Of a stretch of 64,000 bases of DNA, positions 25,120-36,900 are shown piece after piece. This DNA is from Zootoca vivipara (Eukaryota), in the NCBI RefSeq assembly GCF_963506605.1, contig NC_083290.1, positions 36,146,001 through 36,210,000 of the forward strand, in the 5' to 3' direction. How positions within the stretch are numbered: the stretch's first letter is position 1; each line of letters starts with the position of its first letter. The notes beneath the pieces are model-generated. The model searched no databases. It was given only the letters and a program-made list of their open reading frames with translations, and had not been told where the DNA came from. The translations under genes and the position numbers were made by a program.

Positions 25120-25527
25120 CCAGGGAATGGCAAATGGAGGTTATTTATTAATTTTTTTGCCAACCTTCATGCAGGCCATTTCAGTGACAGAAACCTCAAG
25201 GTCAGAAGGCCTCCTTTGCAGCCTCCACGCCATCCATTCTAGAGGTGGAAAGGAGCCAAGACACCCCTTAGACCCCCACCAAGAGGCCGAGGGAAATGGA
25301 GCTTTGCAAGCAGAGGCTTCTGCTTCAGGAAAAGTCTGGCTGCTTCTCTGGGAGCCATTGGCAGCAGCTCTGCCCACTCCAGAAGAGCCTGCTGGCTGAT
25401 GAGCTCTATTGGCTAGCCTGGAGCGTCAATCAGCCAGCTAGGGAGGGAGGGCTCAACTTGTGAGGTGCCTAGCCAGGTAGGCTGCACAAGACAAGCAGGT
25501 TAGGGTGAGGGAAAAACTTTTACATTT

Positions 25528-25927
25528 CATAGAATCATAGAATCATAGAGTTGGAAGAGACCACAAGGACCATCCAGTCCAACCCCCTGCCAAGCAGGAA
25601 ACACCACCAATCATTCTTGACATATGTCTGTCAAGCCTCTCCTTAAAGACCTCCAAAGGAGGAGACTCCACCACACTCCTTGGTAGCAAATTCCACTGCC
25701 GAACAGCTCTTACTGTCAGGAAGTTCTTCCTAATGTTTAGGTGGAATCTTCTTTCTTGTAGTTTGAATCCATTGCTTTGTGTCTGCTTCTCTGGAGCAGC
25801 AGAAAACAACCTTTCTCCCTCCTCTATATGACATCATTTTATATATTTGAACATGGCTATCATATAACCCCTTAACCTTCTCTTCTCCAGGATAAACATA
25901 CCCAGCTCCTTAAGCCGTTCCTCATAC
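25528..25927 (-). mobile_element. CR1 LINE 3' fragment unique to the second period
   Basis: (ATAGAATC)n tail; NGFKLQERRFHLNIRKNFLTVRAVRQWNLLPRSVV. Absent at ~8578 and ~49488. Confidence 0.92.
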
Positions 25928-26566
25928 TTCAAGAACGTGGCCAAAGGCGTCCCAAAGGGAGCAGAGGACTCTGTGCGCCCGAAAGGCAACCAATCCGTCT
26001 TTGGAAGGCCAGGTAACCACCCCAGCTGGATGAGGCCCTTCTGACTCCCAGGACTGTCCTGATGGTCAGGAAGCCTCTCTCAGCTGGTTCTGCCAGCCAG
26101 GCCTTGGGCAGCCCCTGATTCCCAAGGAGGACCTCTGGGCTCCCTGGCCCTTCTGGTTCTCCATCCTCGGCCACCTGGGCCTTGGGACCTCAGCTGGAGA
26201 CACCCAGGACTTGGCAGAGCCTCCCTCCGTCTCTGCACAGCTTCTTCCTGTGGCGCTGACTCTCCAAGTGTCCCTCTTTCCCAGGGACTGTCCAGGATTT
26301 ACAAAAGCCGTCTCAGTTCCTGATTTGACTCCAGAATGTCCCACTATTCCTTAGGACTATTTTCATCAGAGAAATGTTGGAGGGTATGGAATTATGGGAC
26401 CCCTGAGCCAAGGAGCGAAGTAACTATACAGCCTTTACAAGACGTGGGAAGGCAGCCCTGTATAGGGAAGTTGTTTAGTGTTTAATGTTTTATTATGTTT
26501 TTATATATGTTGAAAGCAGCCCAGAGTGGCCTGGGGCAACCCAGTCAGATGGGCGGAGTATAAATA

Positions 26567-26610
<44 letters not shown>

Positions 26611-29237
26611 GGACGTCCGTATTTCCAAAAGCAAAATGTTGGAGGGTATGCAATCAGCCGAGATGGAAACACACAAGGGAGAGTAGTGTTTGTGTGGGAG
26701 GAGGAAGAGGCATGAAGGCATATTTGGGCCCTTTCTTGGAGTACTGGCCCAACTTGTTGGTGTGCAAATGTGGAGCCCTATGTTATAGGAAAAACCTGCT
26801 CCTTTTCCCCTATGGAGCCCGTATAGTGGGTTCCCTATTGTTAGGAGAAAATAACTGAGGCAAACCAGAGTATATTGAGAAGCAAAGCAGCTAGTAAGCC
26901 TGATCTTTATTCAACTGTTGCAACAGGGTCCTCACTCCCCACATGCAGGGAGGAGGAACCCAGAACAATGGTGTGCAAGCCCTTCTAGAGACTTTTGAAA
27001 TTGCCCACCTCCTAGCTCAGTAAGATCCCTTTTAAAAAGAATAGACACGAGAATCTGATTAAACTTAATGTAAAAATAGTTTATTCACAGATTCATTCAG
27101 GTTCACAGATAGATCCCTGAAGGCAGGCTTAGGTTACATAACTATATATATATATATATACAGTACATAGAATCATAGAGTTGGAAGAGACCACAAGGGC
27201 CACCCAGTCCAACCCCCTGCCAAGCAGGAAACACCACCAAACCATTCTTGACATATGCCTGTCAAGCCTCTGTTTAAAGACCTCCAAAGACGGAGACTTC
27301 ACCACACTTCTTGGCAGCAAATTCCACTGTCGAACAGCTCTTACTGTCAGGAAGTTCTTCCTAATGTTTAGGTGGAATCTTCTTTCTTGTAGTTTGAACT
27401 GTCATGACATGACAGTTGACATGAACTGTCCCATAAGGGAATTAGTCCCAAGTGACTCCGACTGAGCAGTCACTTTTCCTAACACACAGGAACGCAAAAT
27501 GGAGAAGAAGAAGAAACAGAACAACATGGAGGAACGCTTGTTCCTCTGCCCAGAATAGGCCACACCCACATCAAGTCGCCTGCAGTGGAAGTCTGTCCCA
27601 GCTCAGGAGGAAACAGGAGGTTTTCTCTTGAGTGGTACAAAACATCCCCTAACATGTCCACTGTAGGAATGTTGTACATGACTGCTATAAGTTTCACATC
27701 CCCCAAAGACCACCCCCAAAACATCATACATACTGTACCTCACAGAAGGAATCCAGTTTGCCAGGATATCTGTCACTGATTGCTTTACATGGGTAGTCTG
27801 AATATTCTTTTGTGATGGTAAATTCCTGAATTCCTGAATTCAGGTCACAGGCTCACCCTATTCATACACAAATACACCCTTAAGACAGGTAAGCAAAAGA
27901 CAATGGAGAGGCTTTCCCATTTCCTTCCTCCTTGCAGAGAAATATTTGAGGTCAATTTGGGAGAGTCAAAATGGTTTGGGAGAGTCAAAATGTCTTCAGA
28001 ATTGCTTCCCTGTACTTATATATATGTTGGCCATATATATGTATGAACGTTTATTTTATATTTGGGACCTTCGAATTCATATAACAGAACCTTCTGAACT
28101 CTTGATTAATAACATTTCCAGGACGGCTGATTCGGGGCAGTTTGGGGTTGGGGGCAGATGAACATAAACATGCCAAAAATATAATAGTAAATAATAATCA
28201 AAAATTATCACAACCTAACAAAAAATACAAAAAATAATAAATAATCTTTGCTTAATCAAAAAGCAATTTACATGATCTCATCAACCACCCCTTCCACCCA
28301 CCCTATTGTGTTTTCCAGCCAGTCTTACATTGTGCCTTTTTACTCTTCCTTTACACCTTTACTCACTGTCCCTCTTAATATTCATTGGTTTGGGCCTTCA
28401 TAGATCTGTTGAGAGATCGGCGTTCTCGACAAAGCTTGCTATGTAATCTTTGAATTTCCCCCCATCTTTATCTTTTTCTCATTTATTCCTTTAATCTCTG
28501 CTGTTTTTGTTGCCAAATTATAATCTGATATCATTTTTACTTGCCCATCCTCTTTGCTTGGTAGCAGCTTCTGTGAGTGATGTGAATGGCTGTTTCTCAG
28601 AAGAGGAAACCCTGGCAGAGACTAGGCTTCAAATACCTCCTTACTCAGCTATGGAGCCGACTGGGTGAGCTGGGACCAGGTTGTAGGGATTAAATGAGAA
28701 GGCGAGAACTATGTATGTCATCTTGAGCTTCTTGGAGAAAAAGATGGGATATGAATTCAGACGCCTTCAGAAGCTGGTGGACTCTCCTTCTTTGGAGGGC
28801 TTTTATACAAAGAGGTTGGGTGGCCTTTTGCAAGGGATTCTTTAATTGGATTCCTGTTTTGCAGGAAATTGTGCTAGATGCCCCTTTGGGTTCTTTCCAA
28901 ATCTACAATTCTATGATTTAGCTAAAGGTTCATTTTATTGATTAGATTGGAAACCGCTTTGGGACTACTATGAGATGCCAAGTTGGATATAAACGCCGTA
29001 AGTAAGAAAAGAGCGAGACAGGGCGGCCTGTGAATGACCCCAGGCAGCTGGCAGAAGGCACACATCTCCAATGAACCAGATTGTCTTACGTGAGGATATC
29101 CACCCCAGCCTCCAGAATTGCGCCTATTACTATGTCTTATTTTCGGGGTATGGCTTATATTGCGCAAATGCTTAGAAATCCTGCTGCGGCTTATTTTATG
29201 GGTATGTCTTACTTTCAGGAAGCAGGGTAGGTACAGT

Positions 29238-29680
29238 GTCATGCAAAGTTGGTTCTTGTTGCTCCCTCCTGTATAATGTTATGAGTTTCCATCCATAGTT
29301 CTTCAGGCACTCTGTCCACCAAATTTAAATCCTGAAAACAGTTCCTCACATCCACGGTGTATTCATAAGGGATTTGGTTTAGATTGTATCTTACTGGCCC
29401 AGTGGTTTCCACTACTTTCTTCAGTTTAAGCTTGAATTTTGCTATAAGAAGGTGATGATCTGAGCCACAGTCAGCTCCAGGTCTTGTTTTTGCTGACTGT
29501 ATAGAGCTTCTCCATCTTTGGCTGCAGAGAATATAATCAGTCTGATTTCGATGTTGCCCATCTGGTGATGTCCATGTGTAGAGTCGTTCTATCATTTTTG
29601 AGATTGCATCCCAGTACAGTTTTGCCTCTCTTTGGTTGACTATGAGAGGGCCACTCCATTTCTTCTATGGGAGTCTTGCC
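29238..29680 (-). mobile_element. RTE/BovB LINE fragment (second period)
   Basis: LYTWTSPDGQHRNQTDYILCSQRWRSSIQSAKTRPGADCGSDH is BovB-like. Confidence 0.92.
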
Positions 29681-29994
29681 CACAGAATCAGGGGATGGCT
29701 TGAACTGTTACAGTCACCCCTATCAGAATTAACTTGGAATCTGGAGTGTTGGTAGACTGCAGGAGCCCTGCATTCTGAAGCTCGTAAGTTAAGAACAGAA
29801 CCGGAACCTTTTAAATTGACAGTTATAGCCTGTTGATGGCTTAAAGAAGGATCCTCGTCCTTTAATTCTCCCAACTTAGAGGTGTTGAAACCAAGTAAAA
29901 AGAGAGAAGCTATAAAGTCTCGAGGGAGAAGGCTCCGGTTTACCAAAAGCAAGTGGCATTTTAGGGCATATTGTGCAGCAAGGAACTTGTTTGC

Positions 29995-30958
29995 CATCTT
30001 GACTGTGTATGAAACTGGCATCCCGGAAAGCCAGATGACCTAGAGAGACAGGGCAAGAAAGGGGACGTCATCTCGGTGCAAAGCAAGCGGAGATAGAGGC
30101 AGCTCGGCAGGAGGACAGGTATGCTAGAGCCTCCACCCTTGCGGAGCACTCAGAGCAAGATCTGGGCGCAGATGGAGCCCTACCTAGCAGGTGGCCTGGG
30201 GACATGCCCATCCTCACTGCCATCATTAGCAAGACGTTTCTGTCCATCCCTACCAGGGAAGGACGTTGCTTGACTTACCCAGAAGTAGAGCTGCCACCCT
30301 GGAGACTGCTGGCATCCTGTTGGCAGACGGTTTCGTACATGTCAAGGCAGCACTCTGAAGGATGTTCTTGCTGAAAGTCTTGCTCTGTCGGTAAAGACAA
30401 AGGTAAAGTGGCATTAGAGAGGCTTGAGAGCATGGCAGAAGAGCCTGTCACCCCCAAAGACATCCCTGGGCAAAGCTGCCAATGAAGCAGAGTGACCTTA
30501 CCAGATGCTTGGCAGCCTGGTGGAGAGCAAAGTGGAGGCTAAATTTGTTGGGATGTGCCCACCACTTCACTTGTGGGGCTAGATGGGAAAGAGCCCTCCT
30601 TGCGGCCTGCAACACAAGAAGAGAAGAGGCTTACAAATTGCAGTACATAGTCTTGGAAGCTCCTGAGAACAATTCCTCCCTCCTACTGCATAAGTCCACC
30701 TCCTTGGCCCTCACCTTGGCCACCTCGTCCTCGTCTTCGAGGTGAATGCGGACGACGACCAGTTCATTAATGGCTTCTTCTTCTTCTTCTTCTGTTGTTG
30801 TTGTTGTTATGGGAAGCCTTTGGTCTCTCGCCCAGCCCCGAAGCAGCCCCAGATGTTGGATGGCTCCCTAATACTCACATGGGCAGCCAGACCACAGTAG
30901 GTTGCCGCCAGCATCTTCAGCATCTTCTGCATCTTCAGGTCTTCCTCTCCCACCTCCC
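29995..30958 (-). pseudogene. Orphan MROH gene fragment (part of exon 17, exons 16 and 15, parts of exons 14 and 13) embedded in the ERV remnant
   Basis: Paralogous to 16790-17630 and 17930-18000, with introns 14-16 retained and an internal deletion. Flanked on both sides by ERV pol sequence. Confidence 0.9.
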
Positions 30959-33900
30959 AGTTCAAGTATGAGGTTTCCCTCCTGACTAACCCAAATCAGA
31001 CTTTGAAAGTGTTAACTCCTTGAACCTAGCTACCTTTGTCAGTTCTTGTTTCGGATCCAGGAGAACCCCACGATCATCTCTTTGCTATGAATCAGAAAGT
31101 TATTATCAAGATGTTCAGATGCAAATGAGGACATGTTTGTAGATGAACCCGGCTTCATGGCCCAAGGAAGGAGATATTCAAGATATGCTGTGGTTACAGC
31201 AAAGGTAATCCTTACCCAAGAAGCCCACGGCCTTTTGTGAAGGGAGAGAAGATTCATTACTGCAGATGGACAGCAAGTATCCAACAGATCTCACCTACGT
31301 GCTCTTCTAGATGCCCTCTTGTTCCCTGTGATGCGTGTCGGATCCATGGAAGAGCAACAGACCCAAGCTAGGAGAAGAAATACGATGGATGAGAAATCTC
31401 TAAGGAAGTGGCAAGAATGCTATCTTATGGGCAACGTGCAACATTTTCACCAAGGACTGACCCCAACCACAGCATACTGAAGAAAACATTATTTGAATTC
31501 AAGAATAAGGAACCTTGAAGCCAAATCTGGGTGATGGACCTTTGGTGGTAAATCTTGAAGGAATTTCATCAACAAGGAAGGACACATGAATGCAGTGAGA
31601 GAATTGGGAGAATTAGTTTCTAGAATAGGCACGTTACTTTTGAACACTGAAGCCACAACACATGAGAAGATGTGAGTCCAGGAGTGAAATATATATATTT
31701 TGAGTAAGATGCCATTTTCTATTGTATTCCTCAAGATCTTATAAGTTATGTTAGTTTGTTGCTTTGCTAAACAGCTTTCATTAGGTATGTGTTGAATGCA
31801 GTTGTTTTTGTAATGTATGCCAAATTAAATATGCAGGAGGGTGAAGATAGTCTTTTAGAAAGGAAGCTCTTAAAAGTCTTGAGGGGGTTCTGCCTGCAGG
31901 AAGTTTGACCCCCTTTCCTTCGGGGGCCAGGAGTGAATCTGGAACATGTATCCCAGGGAGGAATAGCATAGATTTAGGCAACAGTTTTTAGACTCCATTG
32001 CTCTTCCCCCACCGCAGCAGCAGTCTTCTTTTCCCAACGGGATTTCCCCCCCCCTCTTCACAGGAGCCTCCTCCCAGCACACCCTCCAAATCTGCCTTCC
32101 CATAGGCAGCCTTGGATTCAGCCCTTTGTTTCCAGCAGGGGCTGTGAAGTGCTGAAGGGACAGCAAGACCAGATTTTCTATGAGTTTTTCATGAGTTCCC
32201 ATAGCCTGGATCTTGTCTCGGCCACTGGAGGTTGCAGGTGAGATGTATTTGGAGAGAACTGATAAGGAAGTGGGGCAGGATGGTGAAAAGGGACGGTTGT
32301 GAACATCCCCACCTCTGAGCGGCAGACAACTCCAGGGGTTCCTGCGCTTAGCCTGGGTTCAGTTTCCTTGGAATGAAGACTGGGCTGTCTTTGGGATATT
32401 AGGCTTTGCTTGCCCATAGATGCTAGGATGGGTCCAGCTCAGAGCAAGACAATCTCCTGCCTCTCCAGATTCCAGCATCCTCCCATCTCACCAGATACAA
32501 TCCCTGCCAGCAGCCTCTATGTCTCCATCTTGGGGATGACAGGGCATCCCTCCAGGGAAATGTGTAGAGATTTCCCTTACGAGCTGACTTTTCACAAACC
32601 AAAAGACTCACTTCTCTTTTTAACAAAAATATTATTTATTCTTTTTTTACAAAGTGAATATTTTACACATTTTAACATAAACCATAAGATCCATATTTAT
32701 CATTTAAAAATATTTTTAATAAAAGAAGTAGAATTACAAAGACATAAAGTGATACAAAGGGGGGAAGTGAGGAGGAAAAGAACAAAGATGCTTATAAAAA
32801 AGAAGGAACAAAAATAATATGCTCCCTATTTTGCCTATACTATTCTATACATCCATTCTAACCTATCTATCTTCCTAAAAAAAGTCCTGCTTGCTGTTTT
32901 ACGTCCTGAAAGAGTCAATAAAAAGTGTCCAATCCACAAATTCACTTCCAGGTGGAGGGTCGATGTTGCTCATGTCGTCTTCAGGGCGGCTCCTTTCCCA
33001 GCTGATGACATTCTTGCGGGGGTCTTCTTTTCTCCGGACGTCTCCTCCCAGGCTCCAGCAGATAGACCGCCATTTCCCATCGTGGATTTGTTGCATGCAG
33101 GAAAAAGAGAAGAGAGATTCTGTTAGAAAGGGTACTAAATCTCATGAATATCAGACCCTCTTGTTGCTGCCCCCCCCCCAACAATAATGAATAAACAAAG
33201 AATTGGAAGTAAGTTGCTGCTGGGGGGTTGCCTGCCCCGCCCCCCACTCGAGAGGATGAAAGAGTCCTGCAAGGAACCGGACCCTGGGCTTACAACAGCG
33301 ACTGGGGGAGCTCCATAGAGCCTGCCTGTCCTGGGGGCGGGACCCCCAACAAAGGGCAAACAATAAAGGAAAAGTTGTCCCTTTGGGGGCAACACTTAGG
33401 GGGCGAGACCAGATTGTGGGCCAGCCCCCTTGTGATTACATTACTGTTTTAACAAGGATGGGGCTTTAAATTGGGTGGGTGCTGTTTGATTTGCAGGGTG
33501 GGGTTGTTTTAAATGGTTGTTAAATGTGATATGTTGATTTAGATTTTGGATTTGTGGGCTGGGGTGTTGTTTTGGGGCTTTTGTATTAGTCTTGTGGCTA
33601 TTTTTATTACGTCTTTATTATTTTAATTTATGTTATGTTCTGATATTTTTATTATGATTTTTGCACACCTATTATTCTTATTATGGATTTTGTGCTTTGT
33701 ATGCTGGAACTTGGTGTTGTGAACCATACTGAGATTCAAAATCAATCAGTGAAATAAACCCTCAACAATCAAAAACGACATCAACAAGAAACACAACAAC
33801 AACAAAAAGATTTCCTACCGCTATGTATTGGGGGGGGGGGTCGTGAGGGCAGCACCACTCCTCTTGGTCAATCCTGGTGGCGTTGATGTTCCTGGCGCTG

Positions 33901-33959
33901 GTCCAGACTGGATACCGTGGAGAGCAGAAGATGGTATCTCTGCAGCACAACTCTGATGT

Positions 33960-36900
33960 TCATGTTCCCTTGGCCTGGCGCGACTGCGGATGTTCTGTCA
34001 GGAGGAGAAAGGGGTCTTTTTTTTTAGAAACATCACCTCCAAATAGCCCACCAGACATCCAAATAGACCACCAGATGCCTCACTCACCTGGCATGCAGCT
34101 CAGGAAGTCCCGTGGGTAAGGTTCCCTGTGAACACAATGGAGCAGCCTCCTCACAAGGCGCTGGACCCTGCCTTTCTGCCGATGTTTACAGGCCCGCTGC
34201 ATGATGTTCAGGCAGCTCCTCCCTGTCCGCCTGAGCCCTTCTTCCTCGTGCTGCTGCATCTCTTCCAGCCCTGAGTGGCAAGAGAGAAAGGTTGAGCAAG
34301 GAATCAGCTTTTCACAAGGCAAAAACTTCCAAAGCACCCCCACCAGAACCTGCCTTCACCTAAAGCCCTTTCTCAGCAGAAGCATCCCTCCCTGCTCTCT
34401 GTACGTCTCACTTACATGTGCCGTAGGATGCCATGTCTTGACTGTGTATGAAACTGGCATCCCGGAAAGCCAGATGACCTAGCGAGACAGGGCAAGAAAA
34501 GGGACGTCATCGGCAGCTCGGCAGGAGGACAGGTATGCTAGAGCCTCCACCCTTGCGGAGCACTCAGAGCAAGATCTGGGCGCAGATGGAGCCCTACCTA
34601 GCAGGTGGCCTGGGGACATGCCCATCCTCACTGGCATCATTAGCAAGACGTTTCTGTCCATCCCTACCAGGGAAGGACGTTGTTTGACTTACCCAGAAGC
34701 AGAGCTGCCACCCTGGAGACTGCTGGCAGCCTGTTGGCAGACGGCTTCATACATGTCAAGGCAGCACTCCGAAGGATGTTCTTGCTGAAAGTCTTGCTCT
34801 GTCGGCAAAGACAAAGGCGAAGGGGCATCAGAGAGGCTTGAGAGCGCGGCAGAAGAATCCGTAACCCCCAAAGACATCCCTGGGCAAATCTGCCAATGAA
34901 GCAGAGTGACCTTACCAGATGCTTGGCAGCCTGGTGGAGAGCAAAGTGGAGGCTAAATTTGTTGGGATGTGCCCACCACTTCACTTGTGGGGCTAGATGG
35001 GAAAGAGCCCTCCTTGCGGCCTGCAATACAAGAAGAGAAGATCCTTACAAATTGCAGTACATAGTCTTGGAAGCTCTTGAGAACAATCCCTCCCTCCTAC
35101 TGCATAAGTCCACCTGCTTGGCCCTCACCTTGGCCACCTCGTCCTCGTCTTCGAGGTGAAGGAGGACGACGACCAGTTCATTAATGGCTTCTTCTTCTTC
35201 TGTTGTTGTTGTTATGGGAAGCCTTTGGTCTCTCGCCCAGCCCCGAAGCAGCCCCAGATGTTGGATGGCTGATGCCCGGACGGAGGCTTCCTCCTGTAGG
35301 CAGAAAAGATCAGAGGTTGTGTTTCTCATCAGATCACTTTCCTTTCTCCTGTCCACCAAGGTGTTTTGAGGCTGCTCAGCCCCCTATCCTCCTCCGGGGG
35401 CAGACTGGGGGCAGGGGGGACTCTCCCCCTGTGTTTTCCAGGCAGGCTTCCAAGAGAAGGTGCTCCAGTGGAACACCTTCCTGAAGCCAGAACATCTCTG
35501 CTGCATGCCAGTCTAAACACCACCCTTCCTCTTCCAAAGCATTCCTCCTCCACCCTGTGTGATGTCATGTGTTCCCTAATACTCACATGGGCAGCCAGAC
35601 CGCAGTAGGTTGCCGCCAGCATCTTCAGCTCTTCCTCTCCCAGCTCCCTGGAGAGGTAAGCTTGGTGTACCAGCTCTATCAACTCGGGGAAGACATCAGC
35701 TTCTGCATCAGGGAGGAAATCCAGCAGCGACAGCCGCAGAAGCGAAGGGTCCTACACAAAAGAGAGAATCTTTTCAAAGGTCTGAAAGGCCCCACGCTGT
35801 TTCTTTGAGAACAGGCCCTTCAGCATTCTGTCAGCAAAAGAGTGCTGGACCATGATTCGAATCGAAATCTGTGCCCCTCCCCCCTCCCTCTGACCATCAC
35901 TTGCCATGTCAGAGTCCAGAAGCAGGGATATCCCTCTGACACTGAGCTTCCGGACTTGCAGGTGGTCATGTTTCAGCCAGGTGAGGAGCTGCTCCAGTGT
36001 ATCCTCACAGGGATAGACCTGCAGACGGCAGCTGAGCAGCTAAAGAGGCCCAAAGAGAAATAAACTCTTCAGTGATGAGAGGTTGAGGCAGGTTCTCCTT
36101 TTATCCACCACCTGGAGTTCTGCACAGAGCAAAGCCACTGAAGTGAATGGACCAAAGTTTGTCATGTACATCAAATCCAATGGGTCTACTCAGAGGAGCA
36201 CTAAAACAGGCAACAGTCCTTAGGCTCAAAGTAGCCTTGACATAAGCCACAGAATATGGAAGGTAAACGCAGCTGCAATGTCCAAATTCTGATGGAGGCT
36301 GCTTGGGGAACCAAGGACATGCAAGGAGCCAAAGAACACAAAGCCCAACACTCGGCAGAAACCAACCCAGGGCCTCTGTTATGTACTGAGCTGAATCCTA
36401 GAACAATAGGATTCAGAATCAGCGGGAGCTACCCAATCCAACTCCAGGTGGAAGTGAATCTGCAACCTGATTGGCCTGCTGGAGCAGCCAATCAGGCGGC
36501 TGGCAGAAGTGAATCTGCTACCTGATTGGCCTGTAGGAGCAGCCAATCAGGCTGCAGGCAGAAGTCAATCCACAATATAATTGGCCCACAGGTGTAGCCC
36601 TGAAGTAGCCAATCACGCAAGGCCCATTGTGTAAATAATGTATATAAGCAGATGGTTTTGGGAAAAGAGCCACTCGTCTTCTCTTCTCCTCCTTGATGAC
36701 TATGAGCTGAATAAAGAGCATGAAATTCACTCTCGACTCCGAGTATATTTCACTGGCGACGAGGATGGGATCCTGCTGAGCTGACCGCCACCACGCACTG
36801 CACCGCAGCACCGCCACCTGCTGCACCGCTGCATCGCACCGTGCATCCAGGCTTCAGCTCCAGGACCCAAGGAACCCAGAATGGCAACCGACAGCAGCTT

